DNA of 64,000 bases, from positions 682,001 through 746,000 of the forward strand of contig MU058824.1 in NCBI GenBank assembly GCA_013265495.1, read 5' to 3'. The notes under the pieces are model-generated. The model was not told where the DNA came from and did not search any database. It worked only from the letters and a program-made list of their open reading frames with translations. Origin of the DNA: Vicugna vicugna (lineage: Eukaryota). Positions within the stretch are counted from its first letter, which is position 1; each line of letters opens with the position of its first letter. Below are positions 38,876 to 51,989 of the stretch, one piece after another. The translations under genes and the position numbers were made by a program.

Positions 38876-39380
38876 GTAATAGTCAGGACTCTTAGTTTCA
38901 CGTGATGGGAGCTCATCTAGCTTAAATGAAAAGAGAAATTTATTGGAAGGCTCACAAAACTGCAAGGTGGGTAGGGGTGGAGCTGGGCCTTTGGGATCCC
39001 TGGCATCACAGAATTGAACATCTGTAGGGCTCGCTTGTTTCTTTCTCTTTGTGCACCATCTTTGCTTCTCATTATGTATTGAATTTATTCTCTCACTCTT
39101 GATTTTTTTCCACTAGGCTTGAAACATAGCTACTAGTAGTTTCCAGGCTCATGTTCCAACTGCTTTAGAGAGGGACTCAGTCTCTTCTGTTAGCTTCCGT
39201 TTGAATAATCCTTAGTTGGTTACATTCCTGCCACTTGATCCAAAGCCTGTGTGTGCATGTGCGTGTGCATGTGTGTGTGCGCGCGCACTAAGATTGGTAG
39301 CCCTAGCTAGAACCATATCACTAGAGCAGGTTCAGTTCACCAAAAGAAGAGCCAGGCAAAGAAGACAGTAACAATGTACA
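38876..39380 (-). mobile_element. MLT1 (MaLR) solo LTR
   Basis: tgtaatagtcaggactcttagtttc...agcttaaatgaaaagagaaatttattgg is the antisense old-MLT1 terminus. Confidence 0.65.
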
Positions 39381-39599
39381 ACACCTACTAAAATATAAAC
39401 TTGTAACTCACACATATTGCCCACAGGTAACTAATGCATTTGTAGTACTCACACTTTCTCTTGGACTATAAACCCCAATCTCTTGGTCCAATCAGTTTAC
39501 ATAATGCCTAACCATCCCTACTAGCAAAATCCTTTTCTTAACCCAGTTTTCTATTCAAGATACCGTTACCGTTACATCTTTACCCTGCTTACTGAAAAA

Positions 39600-40420
39600 G
39601 AAAAGCTCCCAACACTCCCTTCCCTCCATTTCTTAGTGCATTTCAACCAGACTTCCACACCCCCTGCTCTACTGAAGCTTTTCTTATGAAGGTAGACAAC
39701 AGCTTCCAAACATCAAATCCTATGGCCTCTTCTCAGTCTTGATCCCGCATGGTATTTTTTTCACAGGCCCTTATCTGTTGATATGCTGATAATTTTCTGT
39801 TCCTTCGAGAACACTGCTTCTCAGCCCATGTTGCTGGCTCCACTTTTGTCTCTGTCTCAGACTCAGGTATTCCCCAAGGTTCCATGCTCAGTTTTCTCTT
39901 CTAGCTCTCCACTTCTGCCATGTCATATGTACCTCCATGCCTTTGCCTGTCTCCATAGGTACCTGGCTTTCATGTCTGTGCTTGTGATCCTGAATTAATA
40001 ACTACCTCCTGGATGTCTTCATATAGACACCTGCAAATACTACAATTTGAGTGTGTATTTTATTTTGTGTTCATATCACACTTCATTTCTAAAGGAATCA
40101 CAGAGGATTCAAACTACCATTGTCAATTCCTGTTGAAATCTTACTCCACCTTCAGAGTTGGAGTTGCCTCTATGAGGAAGCCTCCCTACATTCCTACAAC
40201 ACAATGAATTGCCTGATCACTTGAGATCTTATGTCATTATAATTGCACCAAGGTCACAGGTTTTTATTATAAAAAGTTGTGTCTGCATTCCCAATGATTT
40301 GGGAGTTGCTTGAAGGCAAGAACCAACCTTTTCATCCTTTTCCCTTCACCTGCCCAACATTGAGCATAAGATCTTGCAGTTAGGGGAGCATTCAGACAAT
40401 GTTCTAATTCTAGCCTCTGT
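39600..40420 (+). mobile_element. L2 fragments
   Basis: ctctactgaagcttttctt...catcaaatcctatggcctcttctcagtc; ctcctggatgtc. Confidence 0.6.
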
Positions 40421-40424
40421 GAAT

Positions 40425-40590
40425 TGAACTAGGAAGGCAGGATTTAATGCATCAAATAGGTAGTTTTAAAGCAAATAAAAGGGAAGTGTTCTTTTATATA
40501 GCAGAGTGCAAACTTATTACTCACCTAGGTAGAATATGGAAGATGCGAATACATGCAGATTTTACAAGAATTTAACTAAACTTAAATTTC
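40425..40590 (+). mobile_element. CR1 (Plat_L3/CR1_Mam-like) fragment
   Basis: aggtagttttaaagcaaataaaagggaagtgttcttttatatagcagagtgcaaactt. Confidence 0.45.
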
Positions 40591-41499
40591 AGTTTAGAGG
40601 GATACATAATGTGTTCCCAGGAAATGAAGGACATGCTTTACCTTTCAAGTGTGGCCCATGCTTGACAATTACCATGATTTCTCAGGACTGTCCGGGCTCA
40701 CCCAGGACATCTAGTCACCCACAGATCTGGCAGAGGTTCAATTATTCTGTTCAATTCAGATCACCAAGCTGGCTAATATATGCTTTCCACTTCACTGCAA
40801 GCTCTGGAGACACAAACGCTTGTCCACACCCCAGAATGAATCCAAGCTGAGGTTCAGCACAATTAGTTATTTGTTTCCTCTAACATCTGAACCTTGTGAG
40901 ATTCAGCCACCTCCTGGGAACCAGCCGTCTGCCAACGAGGCATGAATAAAACAGAGAAAGTTCCAGCTGGCATCACCTGCTGTGTTTTGCCTTATTCTCT
41001 GTACACATTTCTAGACTTCTGAAATCCAGGGGCCTCTCTCAAGAGGTTGCATGCCACATGGGCTGGGCCTCTGAGACCTTGATTCTGTTGTTGACTTTCT
41101 AAGTTTTCAGTCTCAGTCTGACTCAGGCACTAGACAATGTATCTAGGATTCTGATCCGCAGATTCTCACATGTTTCTAACCCCAACCACTCTCACATTCA
41201 AACTCTTTCCATGTAGCCCCCTGGATATTATTAATCTTCAGATCATATGAAGTCTCTGTTTAAAAGAGACTTTTAAGGGTACCTGTACTCTGCCAAGATT
41301 TCTCTCTTGTTCTGTAGTGTGGTGGTTGGGTTTATTTTCACCATTTGCTGCAAGCCAAGGTATTGCTGAGTTTTCATTGCTCTTTTTTCATTTATGGTAT
41401 TCCTCTGTGAGGGCACAGATGACCCTTTCTCTTCATTTCCACTGCAGTCATCTTAGTTTAGCTTTTTGTGACACCTTGCTTGCTTTCTTCATGACTGTC

Positions 41500-41770
41500 A
41501 AAGTTGTCCTGGTTAAATGCCTGGATTCTGGAGTCAGATGACTTGGTTTGCCACTCGATAGTTGTGTGGCCTTGAGTAAGTCACACAGTGTCCCTGTGCC
41601 TCAGTTTTCCCATCTGGGAGAGTAAGAATCATACTGATACCCATCTCCTAAGGTTATTGGGATGATTAAATGTGTTAATATGTAGCACGTAAAGTGCCCA
41701 GAGCAGTACCTTGCTTATATAGGAGCTGCAAAAGTGTTTGTTATTACTCTTTTTAGTGTTGTTATTATTA
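41500..41770 (+). mobile_element. MIR SINE, near full length
   Basis: tctggagtcaga...ctgtgcctcagttttcccatctg...gattaaatgtgttaatatgt. Confidence 0.85.
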
Positions 41771-41879
41771 TCCATCATACAATTCAAGACACTAATTTGG
41801 ATGGAACATCAGTTCAATTTCTAAATGAAAGTAGGGTTATTTTATAGTCATTCTTTATGTTGACAAAAAGGGAATAAAA

Positions 41880-42340
41880 TGAAGAGAGCACCTCTTATAG
41901 GTAGGAGGCATTTGAGAGGACTTCATTCATAATGAGATCTTCTAAGTGCAGGTGCTCCTCAGAGATGAGACTGGGGAGGAAGAGAAGGGATAAACTATAG
42001 AGGACCTTTAACACATGGCAAAGTTGCTGGAAGTTGTGATGAAAGCAGAGGAGAACCCCAAGGGTTTTGAGCTGGGGAGTGACAATGAACACTGAGAAAT
42101 TAATCTTCAGGAGATGCTTGATTCATTTAAAGAAGACTTGGGCTCCTTTGCAAGACCAATCCAAAAGAGTCTGAGTTTCATTCATTCATTAAAAAATATC
42201 AATGGGCATTAACTACCAGATGCCAGGTTCCGAGGATCCAGTGATGAGTGATATTGACACAGGTTATGTCCTCATAGAGTTTATGGTCTAACGGGGAAGA
42301 GACACAGTTAAAATAAGCAGCTACAACAGCATAGTAAATG
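41880..42340 (-). mobile_element. L2 fragments
   Basis: Antisense L2 3' end ttcattcattcatt...tgccagg at ~42177. Confidence 0.6.
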
Positions 42341-42341
42341 C

Positions 42342-43065
42342 TGTAGAGGGCATGGAGACTGCCTCTTCTTCATTCATCTCACCCATTCTGCTTCACCGTA
42401 GCAGGATGAATGATGTGGGTGGGACTGGCTCTACTCCTAATTCTAGGAGTGGGGTTTGATTAATGTAGGCAAGGTGCTCCTTACTCTGATGCATATTCCA
42501 ATTACTGAGGGAATTTAACAAAATTATGGATATTAGGGCATTGCCCTCAGAGATTAGTTGATCGGGGGTGGGACCTGAGAATCGATATTGTAAAAACAGT
42601 GACTAGATAATGTGGATGTGCAGCCAGGGCTGAAAACCGCTGGTCTAACTAAGCTGGGGACTCTTGCCCTTCTTGCCAGGATGTTTTACTCAGGAATTGT
42701 TCTGGAGATGAAGAACAGAGAACACAGCGTGCTATTGCCTGCCCTTGGCTATTCAGACTGGTTTAAGGGGAGTCATCAGAGTGAACTGAAGTCATTTTGT
42801 TCCATGTTCTCTGAAGTGGCATTTTCTTTTCCCTGTATGTGCACAGTGGTGCCACTGCTTGTAACCTGCCATCTTGCAAAGCTGACTCATGGAGCCACAG
42901 ATGCCATAGCCAACAGATGTCTGAGCAATGGGGCTGGAATCCTAAGCAAAGCATGCTCGCTGCTTCCCTGCCTCTGGACTCTCTAGTCGCGTGAACCGAA
43001 TAAACCACCTTGAATGTTTAAGACAATCTGAGTTAGGTTTACTGCAACTTGGAGCTGTAGTGTAA
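42342..43065 (+). mobile_element. MLT1 solo LTR with nested MER5B (~42470-42642)
   Basis: MLT1 3' end gtgaaccgaataaaccacc...tttaagacaatctgagttaggttt; MER5B end gatgtgcagccagggctgaaaaccgctg. Confidence 0.7.
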
Positions 43066-43199
43066 CAGTAAAAGCATCGTAAGTGATGAAAGAAATATGT
43101 TGTGGCAAATTCAGGATGCTTAACACTGGGAAAAGATCAGAGAAAGGAGTGGGTGCTGGAGAGGAAGAGGGTACCCTATACTTAGAAGGAAAATGTGAC

Positions 43200-43430
43200 A
43201 CATTGGAAGGAGTGTGGGCTTTAGAATTGGCCCTACCTGGGTTTCAATTCTAGTTCTGCCACATAATGGCTCTCTGACCTCATTTCCTCATCTTCACATT
43301 GAGAGTATTAATAGAACTTGTATGATTGTGATGAGCTCTAGTTGAGATTAATTATGAAAGCAGCTGAGCCCACTGCCTGCCTGGTACATTGTAGATATTC
43401 AGAATATGAGGGCCATTGCTTTTGTCATGG
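43200..43430 (+). mobile_element. MIR SINE
   Basis: gggctttagaattg...cctgggtttcaattctagttctgccac. Confidence 0.7.
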
Positions 43431-44724
43431 TAGCTGCTGCCCCCTCCCCCCCAAAAAATGGTACCAGGTTCTAGGGTTAGGGACTGCATGGCGTACAATA
43501 GGGTTCCAGAGGGACTATAGCCAATGGGATGAGGCCCCTGAAGTCTCACTAGGCTTGGGTCTGATTGAGTGCAGCCATTATTATGAATAGCTGAAATCAG
43601 AAGGAAGGGACAAAAATGGAATGGAAAGTTGTATGCTTTAAAGGGCTATTTCTGTTAGAATTATCTGGTTGGATTGCCCTTTTTGTGGTAGGTGTGATTC
43701 TATGTAAGGAATCGGTGTGGCTCTTCTATAATGAAACATCCTCTTCCTTGTATACTGCTAGATAAAACTGATAAATTAATATTTGTTATTTAATTCATTC
43801 CTTTATCACTTCTTGGAAGTAACCTGTACAAGGCGAGGAACAATACAATCAGATATATCACTACGAGCTTCACCTCCCGTGCGTTCCAGTCATGTCTTCC
43901 TAGAAATGTAATCTAGGAAGATTGAACGTAGTCTTGAATGAACTGGGGAAATACTTTGGCATCTGATGGAGACTTGCGAAATCACATCATTCTTAGCAAC
44001 ACATTTATAAACTCTAAGGATGGGTTACTTCTACAGAAAGTTATACAATCTACTACATACTAATTATTTACTAATCTCAATTTTAGAAGACATCTTTGCT
44101 TTGCTATATTCCCAGATGCTGGGACAGCATGCTGTACAAAATCGATGGCCCAAACTTCTCACCTGGAGTTGGGCACTAGAGTTAGCTAGAGAGAATTATG
44201 AAAGGAGAGAGATCTGGAACCTACCCCAGCCTCCTGGATCAGTCTCCCCTGTACATCCTGCTGCTATGGCTTCAGCTGCGATTTAAAGCGAATGTAAAGA
44301 TATATAAGCGGCTAAGTATAGATACCTTTTTCTTGACTAAACTTTAACTATAATGTCATTTGCCTGATCTAGCTTTTAATCATTTTTTCTTTTCTTCACT
44401 CTGCTCTAAGGACACTATCTGTTTTATTTTCTTATTCTTAGGCATGAGAGCTTGACTCGTATTAAGAAAGTTTCCCCCTCAGCCTTTGGTATGAATTACC
44501 TTGCCAGCTCTTAGTACCCTGGTAAGATAGTATTTTCTTTGGAATTTGCTATTCTTAGGGGCACAAAATTCTTCTTTCATGTAGATTTTCTTAGCTCTAA
44601 GCTTGACTTTTGTGCTGAAGGAACACGATGACCAAGGGAGGCACAAACCTCCTGGCAGTCATTTTCCAGTCAGTGAAGGTTATGACTGGCTAACCATTTT
44701 TATGTTACTCCTCCCAGTGTCACA

Positions 44725-44945
44725 CATCTGATGTGGGGGAAAGGCATGAGCTTTGTGTTCAAGACCCAGCTTTGCAATTTATCTTTGTGATCTAGGGAAG
44801 CTACTTACCCCCTCTGAAACCTAGTTTTCTCATCTGTAAAATGGACCATAACTCAAATCATAGGATTATTATGAATGTAAGGTAAGAAAACATGTAACCT
44901 ACCTAGCATGGTACCTATACACAGTGAGTACTCAATAAATTTTAA
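44725..44945 (+). mobile_element. MIR SINE
   Basis: agttttctcatctgtaaaatgg core and cctagcatggtacc...gagtactcaataaat tail. Confidence 0.8.
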
Positions 44946-45174
44946 TTCCCTAATGTCATGGATTCCTCTCTTTTGAAGCTTGTAATTGGGGTAAAAGTAT
45001 TTGCACAAAATATTAATTATTATAATTGAACTGATCCCAACAGCTTGTAACATACTTCAAACCTTATTCTTAGAGAATGATACCTAATTTTTCATCGACT
45101 TAAATATAAAGTTCACCACATTTATTATTTGCTCCATAATACTAGAGAACTGGCAGTTAGGAATTTACAGCTAT

Positions 45175-47037
45175 TATCAATGATTTTTGATAAAACATGG
45201 AGAATAGGAGGGATTCCAGAAAACTTGGAATGAGCAAATATTCCAAATTTCTAAAGGAAAAACAAAATATGTATTCCCCCCAACCTCAGCAAATTAAAGA
45301 GTAGCCAGCTTGATATCAATCCCCAGAAAAATTCTAAAAATGCAACTCTACTTATGATCTGTAAGCATTTAGGGGAAAAAAGCAGTCGTTGTTAGGAACT
45401 AGTGTGGATTCACTAGGACTAGGACATTTCCTCTTTCTTTTAAATAACTGCAAGTCCTGTGGATCACATTTATGCTGTAGACAGTGTATTTTGATGCAGC
45501 AAAGCATCTAACAAAATTCTCATGATATCCTTGTAGATAAAATACTTAAGAGAAATGTGGTCTGGAGTATCTATCTATCTTCCATCTTTATTTTTGTTCT
45601 AAAAAGATTTTTGGGTGGCTTTAACAGTACATAAAATTCAATAATGTGAGAGAGAGAAAGAGGGATTGAGAGAAAGAAGAGAGAAGTAAGGAAATCAGGG
45701 TAAAGGAATAACAAGGTTAAGGAGAATAAGATGAAGCCAGGAGTGTGTGATTGGTCCACAGAATGTATGCTGTGTGATTCTGTTGTTCCATACTCTGTAC
45801 CCTTTCTGGAGATGGCTTACAAATTTTACTGTGGGCTTCCTAACAGTCCAAGCAAAGAGGAAACATCATAAATAAAATTGTCTATAAGAAGGAAAAACAA
45901 TACTTAGAGCAGGAAGAGACTTCTGTGGGTTCTCGTTAAGAGGACATATGTTATATAGCAAACCATTTGCTCGGTACATCCTTACATGAAATGCATTGGT
46001 GGGTATCAAGGGCTGCTTCTTACGAAGTACCTTTGTGTAGGCCAAAGCATCATCCTGTAAAAGAATGTTATGGGAATTGGGGGCAAGGGATCTTGAGAAT
46101 TCCAACAAGATATGTGATTCTCTGGTTGTTGGGGGGATGCTTGTACCATTAGGTTCTAGTTCAATAGCTGGTTTATAAAATCTCTCCAGAGATCATTGAT
46201 TAAAGGATTGATGTCTCTACCGCTCTGCTCTATCCTTGTATACCCAGAACTATCATCAAATGGAGCCATTGAAGACTCTTCACATTTCTGGAGACTTGAG
46301 AATTTGGGAGGGACATAATTAAATGGTCTTAACACTTGAAATGCGAGTTAAAATCTACAAGATAAAATTTGGTAGCTATAAATATATAAAATAGTGGATT
46401 TAGGTTAAAAAGCAAATCCTTGAGTTACAGAACTGGGGGCACCCTGAAATCAAAGCAGACTATTTGAAAAGGACCCCAGGAGCTTCTGTGATGACAAACT
46501 CAGATGGGGCAATGGTGTAACATGTTTTCCAAGAAAGCTAAATTTGCATCTGTAGAATCAGTGTGCCCACAGAATCCTGTCTTATTCTGCCTTGGCTGGA
46601 TCGCACCTGGAGCCTTGCGTTAAATTTTTACACCATTTTCTAAGAGAGATATTCAATCAAAGGGGAATGTCTGGGATGCTGAGGATTCTAAAGGAAAATT
46701 TAGAGAAATTTCACATGCTTATCCCAGAAATGAGAAGACAAAGCAAAATAAAATCTGCCTTAGTAGAAGAGGTATTATGTGTATAGGAGCATAATTTCCA
46801 TAAGGAAATGTGAAAATGTGAAAATGATTCATATAAGAATACATTAAAGAAAATATTCTAATGAGTTCTATCTGAAAAATCAAAATGGCTGCTCTTATGA
46901 GTAGCAAGAGTCCCATCACTGGGAGAAATCAAGGAGAGTCTGTATAGTTGCCAGGAAGATTATGGGGTATAGTTTGATGAGGGTGAGAGATTATTCTAAG
47001 TGACCTCCATGTTCCCTTCCACTTGTAAGATTTTATG
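45175..47037 (+). mobile_element. CR1/L3 LINE remnant (RT to 3' end)
   Basis: Motifs IFDKTWRIGGIPENLE, SIPRKIL, ICKHL, GFT and HDILVDK at 45180-45570. Resumes ~46310 and ends in the L3 tail cccttccacttgtaagattttatg. Confidence 0.75.
45570..46200 (-). mobile_element. L4 (RTE-X)-like element inserted in L3
   Basis: ttgttctaaaaagatttttgggtggctttaa resembles the antisense L4 3' terminus. Confidence 0.5.
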
Positions 47038-48089
47038 TGTCTTTATCTCAAATGGCAGAAATTTTAACAGTTAAAGAAAACCCACAAGTTATTTAAGGAA
47101 GAAAATCAATCTAGTCTCAGACTATTGTTAGTGCCTCAGAAGATCTGCCCCCAAATGACTAAGTTAAAATAACACAAGCAGAAGATGATGAATCATGCTG
47201 CTTTTCCTAATGGTCTCTAATGTGCAAAGCCCAAGATCACAGCTGCCACTCCGAGTGCCGATGTGGGGAGGGAGAACTAAATTATGGTGGGTATGACACT
47301 GTGATGTTCCCAGTTGGTAGCTTGTGTGTGTGTGATTACCTAGTATTCCTTGCCAGCTGTTTTTTAACATTACTCATACTGATTTAAAACAACCACCCTC
47401 TTTTCATTTATCTCAATAAGCACTGTTCTTCTAGCAGGAGTAAGACATTTCATTTAGAAGTGGAAGCCTTTCTTTGTTCCTAAGTGCACATGATGTGACA
47501 GCATATATACGTGCTTCACAGGGTCATTGTGAGTCTCAGGTGAGGTAATTATCGAGGTTCCATTCTCTCTTCTTATTCTTGACCCAGGTCACTGAGCTTG
47601 GGCAGGGTCATGGGAGTGGAACAATCAATCTCTTCTTCTTGGGCCAGAATAAAGGAAGGCTTTAGTGGGACAGACTTTGGGAAGGGGCGCATGGAAGATG
47701 AGAAACAGGACAGATAGTCTCTTAACTACCTTTTCCCGCTCCCAGTGTGAGGGGACTTAGCCAGGTAGGTTTTCTTTCTTGGTGCTCCAGGGGCTTGAAT
47801 GAGGCAAAACCCTGACGTGTGCTGAATGGATAACAAGAATGTGATCGTCCCGAGTCTGGAAAAGGGACTGGGTAACCGAAAGTAAGCAGGGTCAGCGACT
47901 GGAAAGAACCCTGGAGCAATTTAATCAGAGATGGAGTTGGGAGGAGGCTCTCAAAGCCCAAGTCGAGGGTCTAAAGCTAGAGTAAAGACCAATGGAGTGT
48001 CTGGATGTTAGAAGCTAGAAAAAAACCCAGGTGATGTCTGTTCACACAAGTTCTGCTAAAAGGGTTGTTGACTTCATGGGCTAGCTTTA

Positions 48090-48410
48090 TATGTTTCATT
48101 CACAAGACACACTTGGAATGTAAATTGGTACAACCTTTATGGAGGCTAATCTGAAAATATATATTAAAAGCCTCTAAAAAATGTGCACCATGTTTAATCT
48201 AATAATTCTACTTATAGAAATATAGTCTAAGAAAACAATTATCTTCAAAGAAGTGTTTACAAGGATGTTCATTAAAGTATTATTTAAAATAGCCAAGAGA
48301 TATAAAAACGTAAATGTCCAGAAATAGGAAATTGTTTAAACAAATACATAATTTTATATTCATACAATGGAATATTGTGCAATTATTAAAATTAAATTAT
48401 AGTTGAATAT
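48090..48410 (+). mobile_element. L1ME 3' fragment
   Basis: gaatgtaaattggtacaacctttatggagg...acaaggatgttcatt...catacaatggaatatt. Confidence 0.8.
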
Positions 48411-48679
48411 TGTTCAAAGTGGCTTTAGTTAGACTTAATGGAGTTGTTCTGAAGTCACTGTGAAGTGGTAGGAATGAGAGATATTTTCTGGTCAGTATTT
48501 CTTTTCTTGTCTGGGATCAGATACTCTTGCAGTCCTGTATCATTTTGTGTATCTCAGGGTCACTAAGCTGATAACGTGTAATTTCCCTTTTCTTAGGAGC
48601 GTTTCACTTATACCCTCCCTGGAGTTAGCACAAAGGCATCAGGCATGTTGGGATTTGTCTGATGCTTCTTCCCCCTTGC

Positions 48680-49812
48680 CAGTTCTGCCACATGGGCTCT
48701 GACCTCTCAGTATAGGCGTGCCCTCATGTTCAGTTCTTGGGCCTATTTGTTTTCTATCTGCACTTACTACCTGGGTAATCTTTTCCATTCCATGGCTGCT
48801 GATACCATCTATGTGCAGATAACTCCCAAATTTCTAACCTAGACCTCTCTTCTAGACTCAGGTCAACATATCCAACAATTGATTTGTCATCTCCACTCAA
48901 GATGGCTGATCAATTCAGTGTCCAAAGCTGAATTCCTAATTACCTCTGCTGCAAACCCACTCTTTCCACAATGCTCCCCTTTTAAGTAAACAATAACTCT
49001 ATTTTTTCAGTTTCCAGGGATAAAACTTGGGTGATATCCTTGACTCTCCTCTCTTTCTCAAAACTGTCGCTGTATACTGAGGCTGCAGCTTCAATATCTG
49101 TGCAGTCTAACTGCCTCTTCCCACCCGCATTGCCACCCTCTGGTCCAAGCCACTAACTCCTGGATTGTTCCAGCCTCCTCCGTGGTCTCCCTGCTTCCAC
49201 GCTTGCCCTCTACAATCTGTTCTCAACAAGATGGTGCTCCAAAAATGCAAGTCATGTCATGTCCCTCTTCTCTGCTCAGCACTCTTCAGTGGTTACCACC
49301 TCCTGCAGAGACAAGTCCAGGACTTTCTATGATCCATAAGGCCCTGTGTGATCTTGCCTCTGGGCACCTTTCCTGACTTCATTTTCCATTACTTTTCTCC
49401 TCACCCTATTCCACGCACATTGGCCTCCATACGGAACCTAGAATGTGCCCAAGTACTTCCCTGCCTCAGGGCCACTGCCTGGACTGCTCTTCCCCTGCTG
49501 CCCTTATGGTTCACTCCCTTCCCAATCCAGTCTTTGCTCTAAAGCTGTTTTTGTGTCAAGGACTTCCCTGACCTTGCTATTTAAAATCACAGATTCATGT
49601 CACTACCTGCCCTCCTTCCTTGCTTTCTTTTCCGCCATCACAGCTGCCACCTTCTAACACACTTCATTATTTTTTATTGTCTGTTTCCTCCAAAAAGAAT
49701 AAAAGCTCCACCAGGGCAGAGATTTTTCCTCTTTTGTTCACTGCTTTATCCCAGATGTCAAGAACGGTGCCTTGTACATAGTAGATACTCAATAAATACT
49801 TGTCGGATGAAT
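48680..49812 (+). mobile_element. L2a, ~1.1 kb to the 3' terminus
   Basis: taccatctatgtgcagataactcccaaat; end gtgccttgtacatagtagatactcaataaatacttgtcggatgaat. Confidence 0.88.
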
Positions 49813-50299
49813 CTGGAGAATGCTGTATCTGAGGAAATACTAAGGCATTACCTTTGGGGCTAAGGTGGTGAATAAAGCTCAGAGTCATTTGGAAACTTTT
49901 AAGTGCCCATGGAGTGAACGACTGCGGTAATATAAGATGCCCACAGGTAACAGGGGAAAATACGAGACCTCTGAGGCTCAATTAGGATGACAGGTGTTCC
50001 TTCTCTCTTCTGATTATATTCCTGTCTTTTGACTTGGGATATAGCTTGTTATGGTGATGAAGGGAAGGGTGCTGAAGCTGGCAGAGGACTGTGAAATATT
50101 GTATGGGAGATGGTTCCAAATATCCCTCCTAAAGCTAGGTGGGAGACACTCATGAGGAAGACGTTATCTCATTATTTAAATCTCCTAAGACTATGTGTAT
50201 CCTGCCAGTTTCTATCTTATTTACATTACTCATTACTTCGAGGCTGTTATAGGGGCTATCAATAGGGGGTTTCTGATTCTGGCAGAAAATAGAAATTGA

Positions 50300-50570
50300 C
50301 AGCAGAATATATTCACCATACATTAAATTTTAAAAGAAGATTATAAAGTACTATAAAGACAGTAATCTTGTATAGTTAGGAAAAATATGCTTTTTATTAT
50401 CGACCTATCTAAAGATTTATATGCCAAGAAAATATAATGGAAGAATATATACCATGGTCCTAACAGTATCTCTGGATGTTAGGATTGTATTTTTATTTAT
50501 TTTCTTTTTGCTTATATCTCTATTTTCTAGTTTATTACAGTGAATATATTATACTTTTATAACAAAAAAA
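50300..50570 (+). mobile_element. L1ME 3' tail
   Basis: ggaagaatatatacca...taacagtatctctgg...cagtgaatatattatacttttataacaaaaaaa. Confidence 0.6.
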
Positions 50571-51063
50571 AGTGTTAACATGGTTACAGAGTTACGAAGC
50601 TGTCTGAGGGCTTGGGTAGGTTGTAGGCAATGATCAGGGAGTCCCAATGTTGGAAACGACTTTTAAGTTATAAAACCAGCCTCTGCAATGTCCTTGCTGA
50701 GTGCTTTTCTACTTGTGCATTTTTGATGGCTGAGTGCTCACTGGCTTCTGAGTCAGCCTCTGCCACGTGCCTGCCTATGATGTCCACACAGTGGAGGCTC
50801 TACCCGTTGGAGTCATAGGTTCTGGATTTTTGCAATAGCCTCCTACTTGATCCTCCTGCCTCCACTCTTGCCTCTTTGTAGTCTATTTTAAGCAAAGTGA
50901 TTCTCCACAAACTCAGCTCATTTCATGTCACTCTTCTGCTCAAAACCCATTTGCCAGCTCCTTCAGAGAAAAGTCAAGGCCTTTCCATGACTTTCCAGGC
51001 CTGATATCATCTAATCCATTGCCTACATGAAGACCAGCTCCCTTAATAATTGTTTATGTTTTT

Positions 51064-51206
51064 AAAAAATTATTTCTTTTTTTTCCCTGGGGGAAGTAAT
51101 TAGGTTTATTAATTATTATTATTATTATTTTTTAGAGGAGGTGCTGGAGATCAAGACCTCATGCATGCTAAGCATGTGCTCTAACACTTGAGCTATACCC
51201 TCCCCC
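51064..51206 (-). mobile_element. tRNA-derived SINE, camelid vic-1-like
   Basis: Sense head gggggagggtatagctcaagtgttagagcacatgcttagcatgcatgaggtc. TSD tgtttatgttttt (51051-51063) / tgcttatgttttt (51207-51219). Confidence 0.9.
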
Positions 51207-51989
51207 TGCTTATGTTTTTGACACCTATCATCTTTCTGGGCATTTCACTAGATATTATTCTCCTTTTAATTTTCTTTTATTGTGTTTGTTTTTTGAGGTG
51301 AACACAATATTCATGGGATTACTGAACCTCATAGAGCAGAGCATAATGTTTTCTACCTTGTTCTGGAATTTTATCTTTTTTGATTCAGCCCAAATTTCAA
51401 TTATCTTGTTTTCATGACTTGTCAAGAGTGTACAGAAAGAAAGATCATGTTCTAGTTTCTGATTTAAACATTGTTCATGGCTACAGAATTCTCCATGTCC
51501 CTCTCTGTCTCTCTCCCCTCTGTCTCTCTTTCTCCCACACACCCCTGTATGTAGTTTCAGTCTACTGTAAGGGGGTAAAAATGGAGAAAGAAAGCATAAA
51601 GAGGATTTGATACTAAGGATTGAAACTTTGGAAAAAATTAAAAGCTCTCTTTGTGCTAGAAGAAGTATCACTGATCAAATTAAATGTTCTAGTTCTTTGA
51701 ATTTTTTATAGCTATAATTTATCTTTAATTTAATGAGATTAAGTTGTTTTATGTGGAAGGAACACCGTGGTAGGCACTGTTGGTGAAGATGGAAAGCAAA
51801 GAATATGAAAAGAATCGAAGATATGAACATTTCCCCCATAAAATACACTGTCTACTTAGGGATAGCATACATGCTTGGAACAGATTTTAGAAAACATCCT
51901 GAGAGCAGACACAATGTACCCTAAAATTAACCACAGACATAGGGCTTCAGACAATTAGTAACTTAAGGGGCGAGAGTGCGCTGGTGTTC

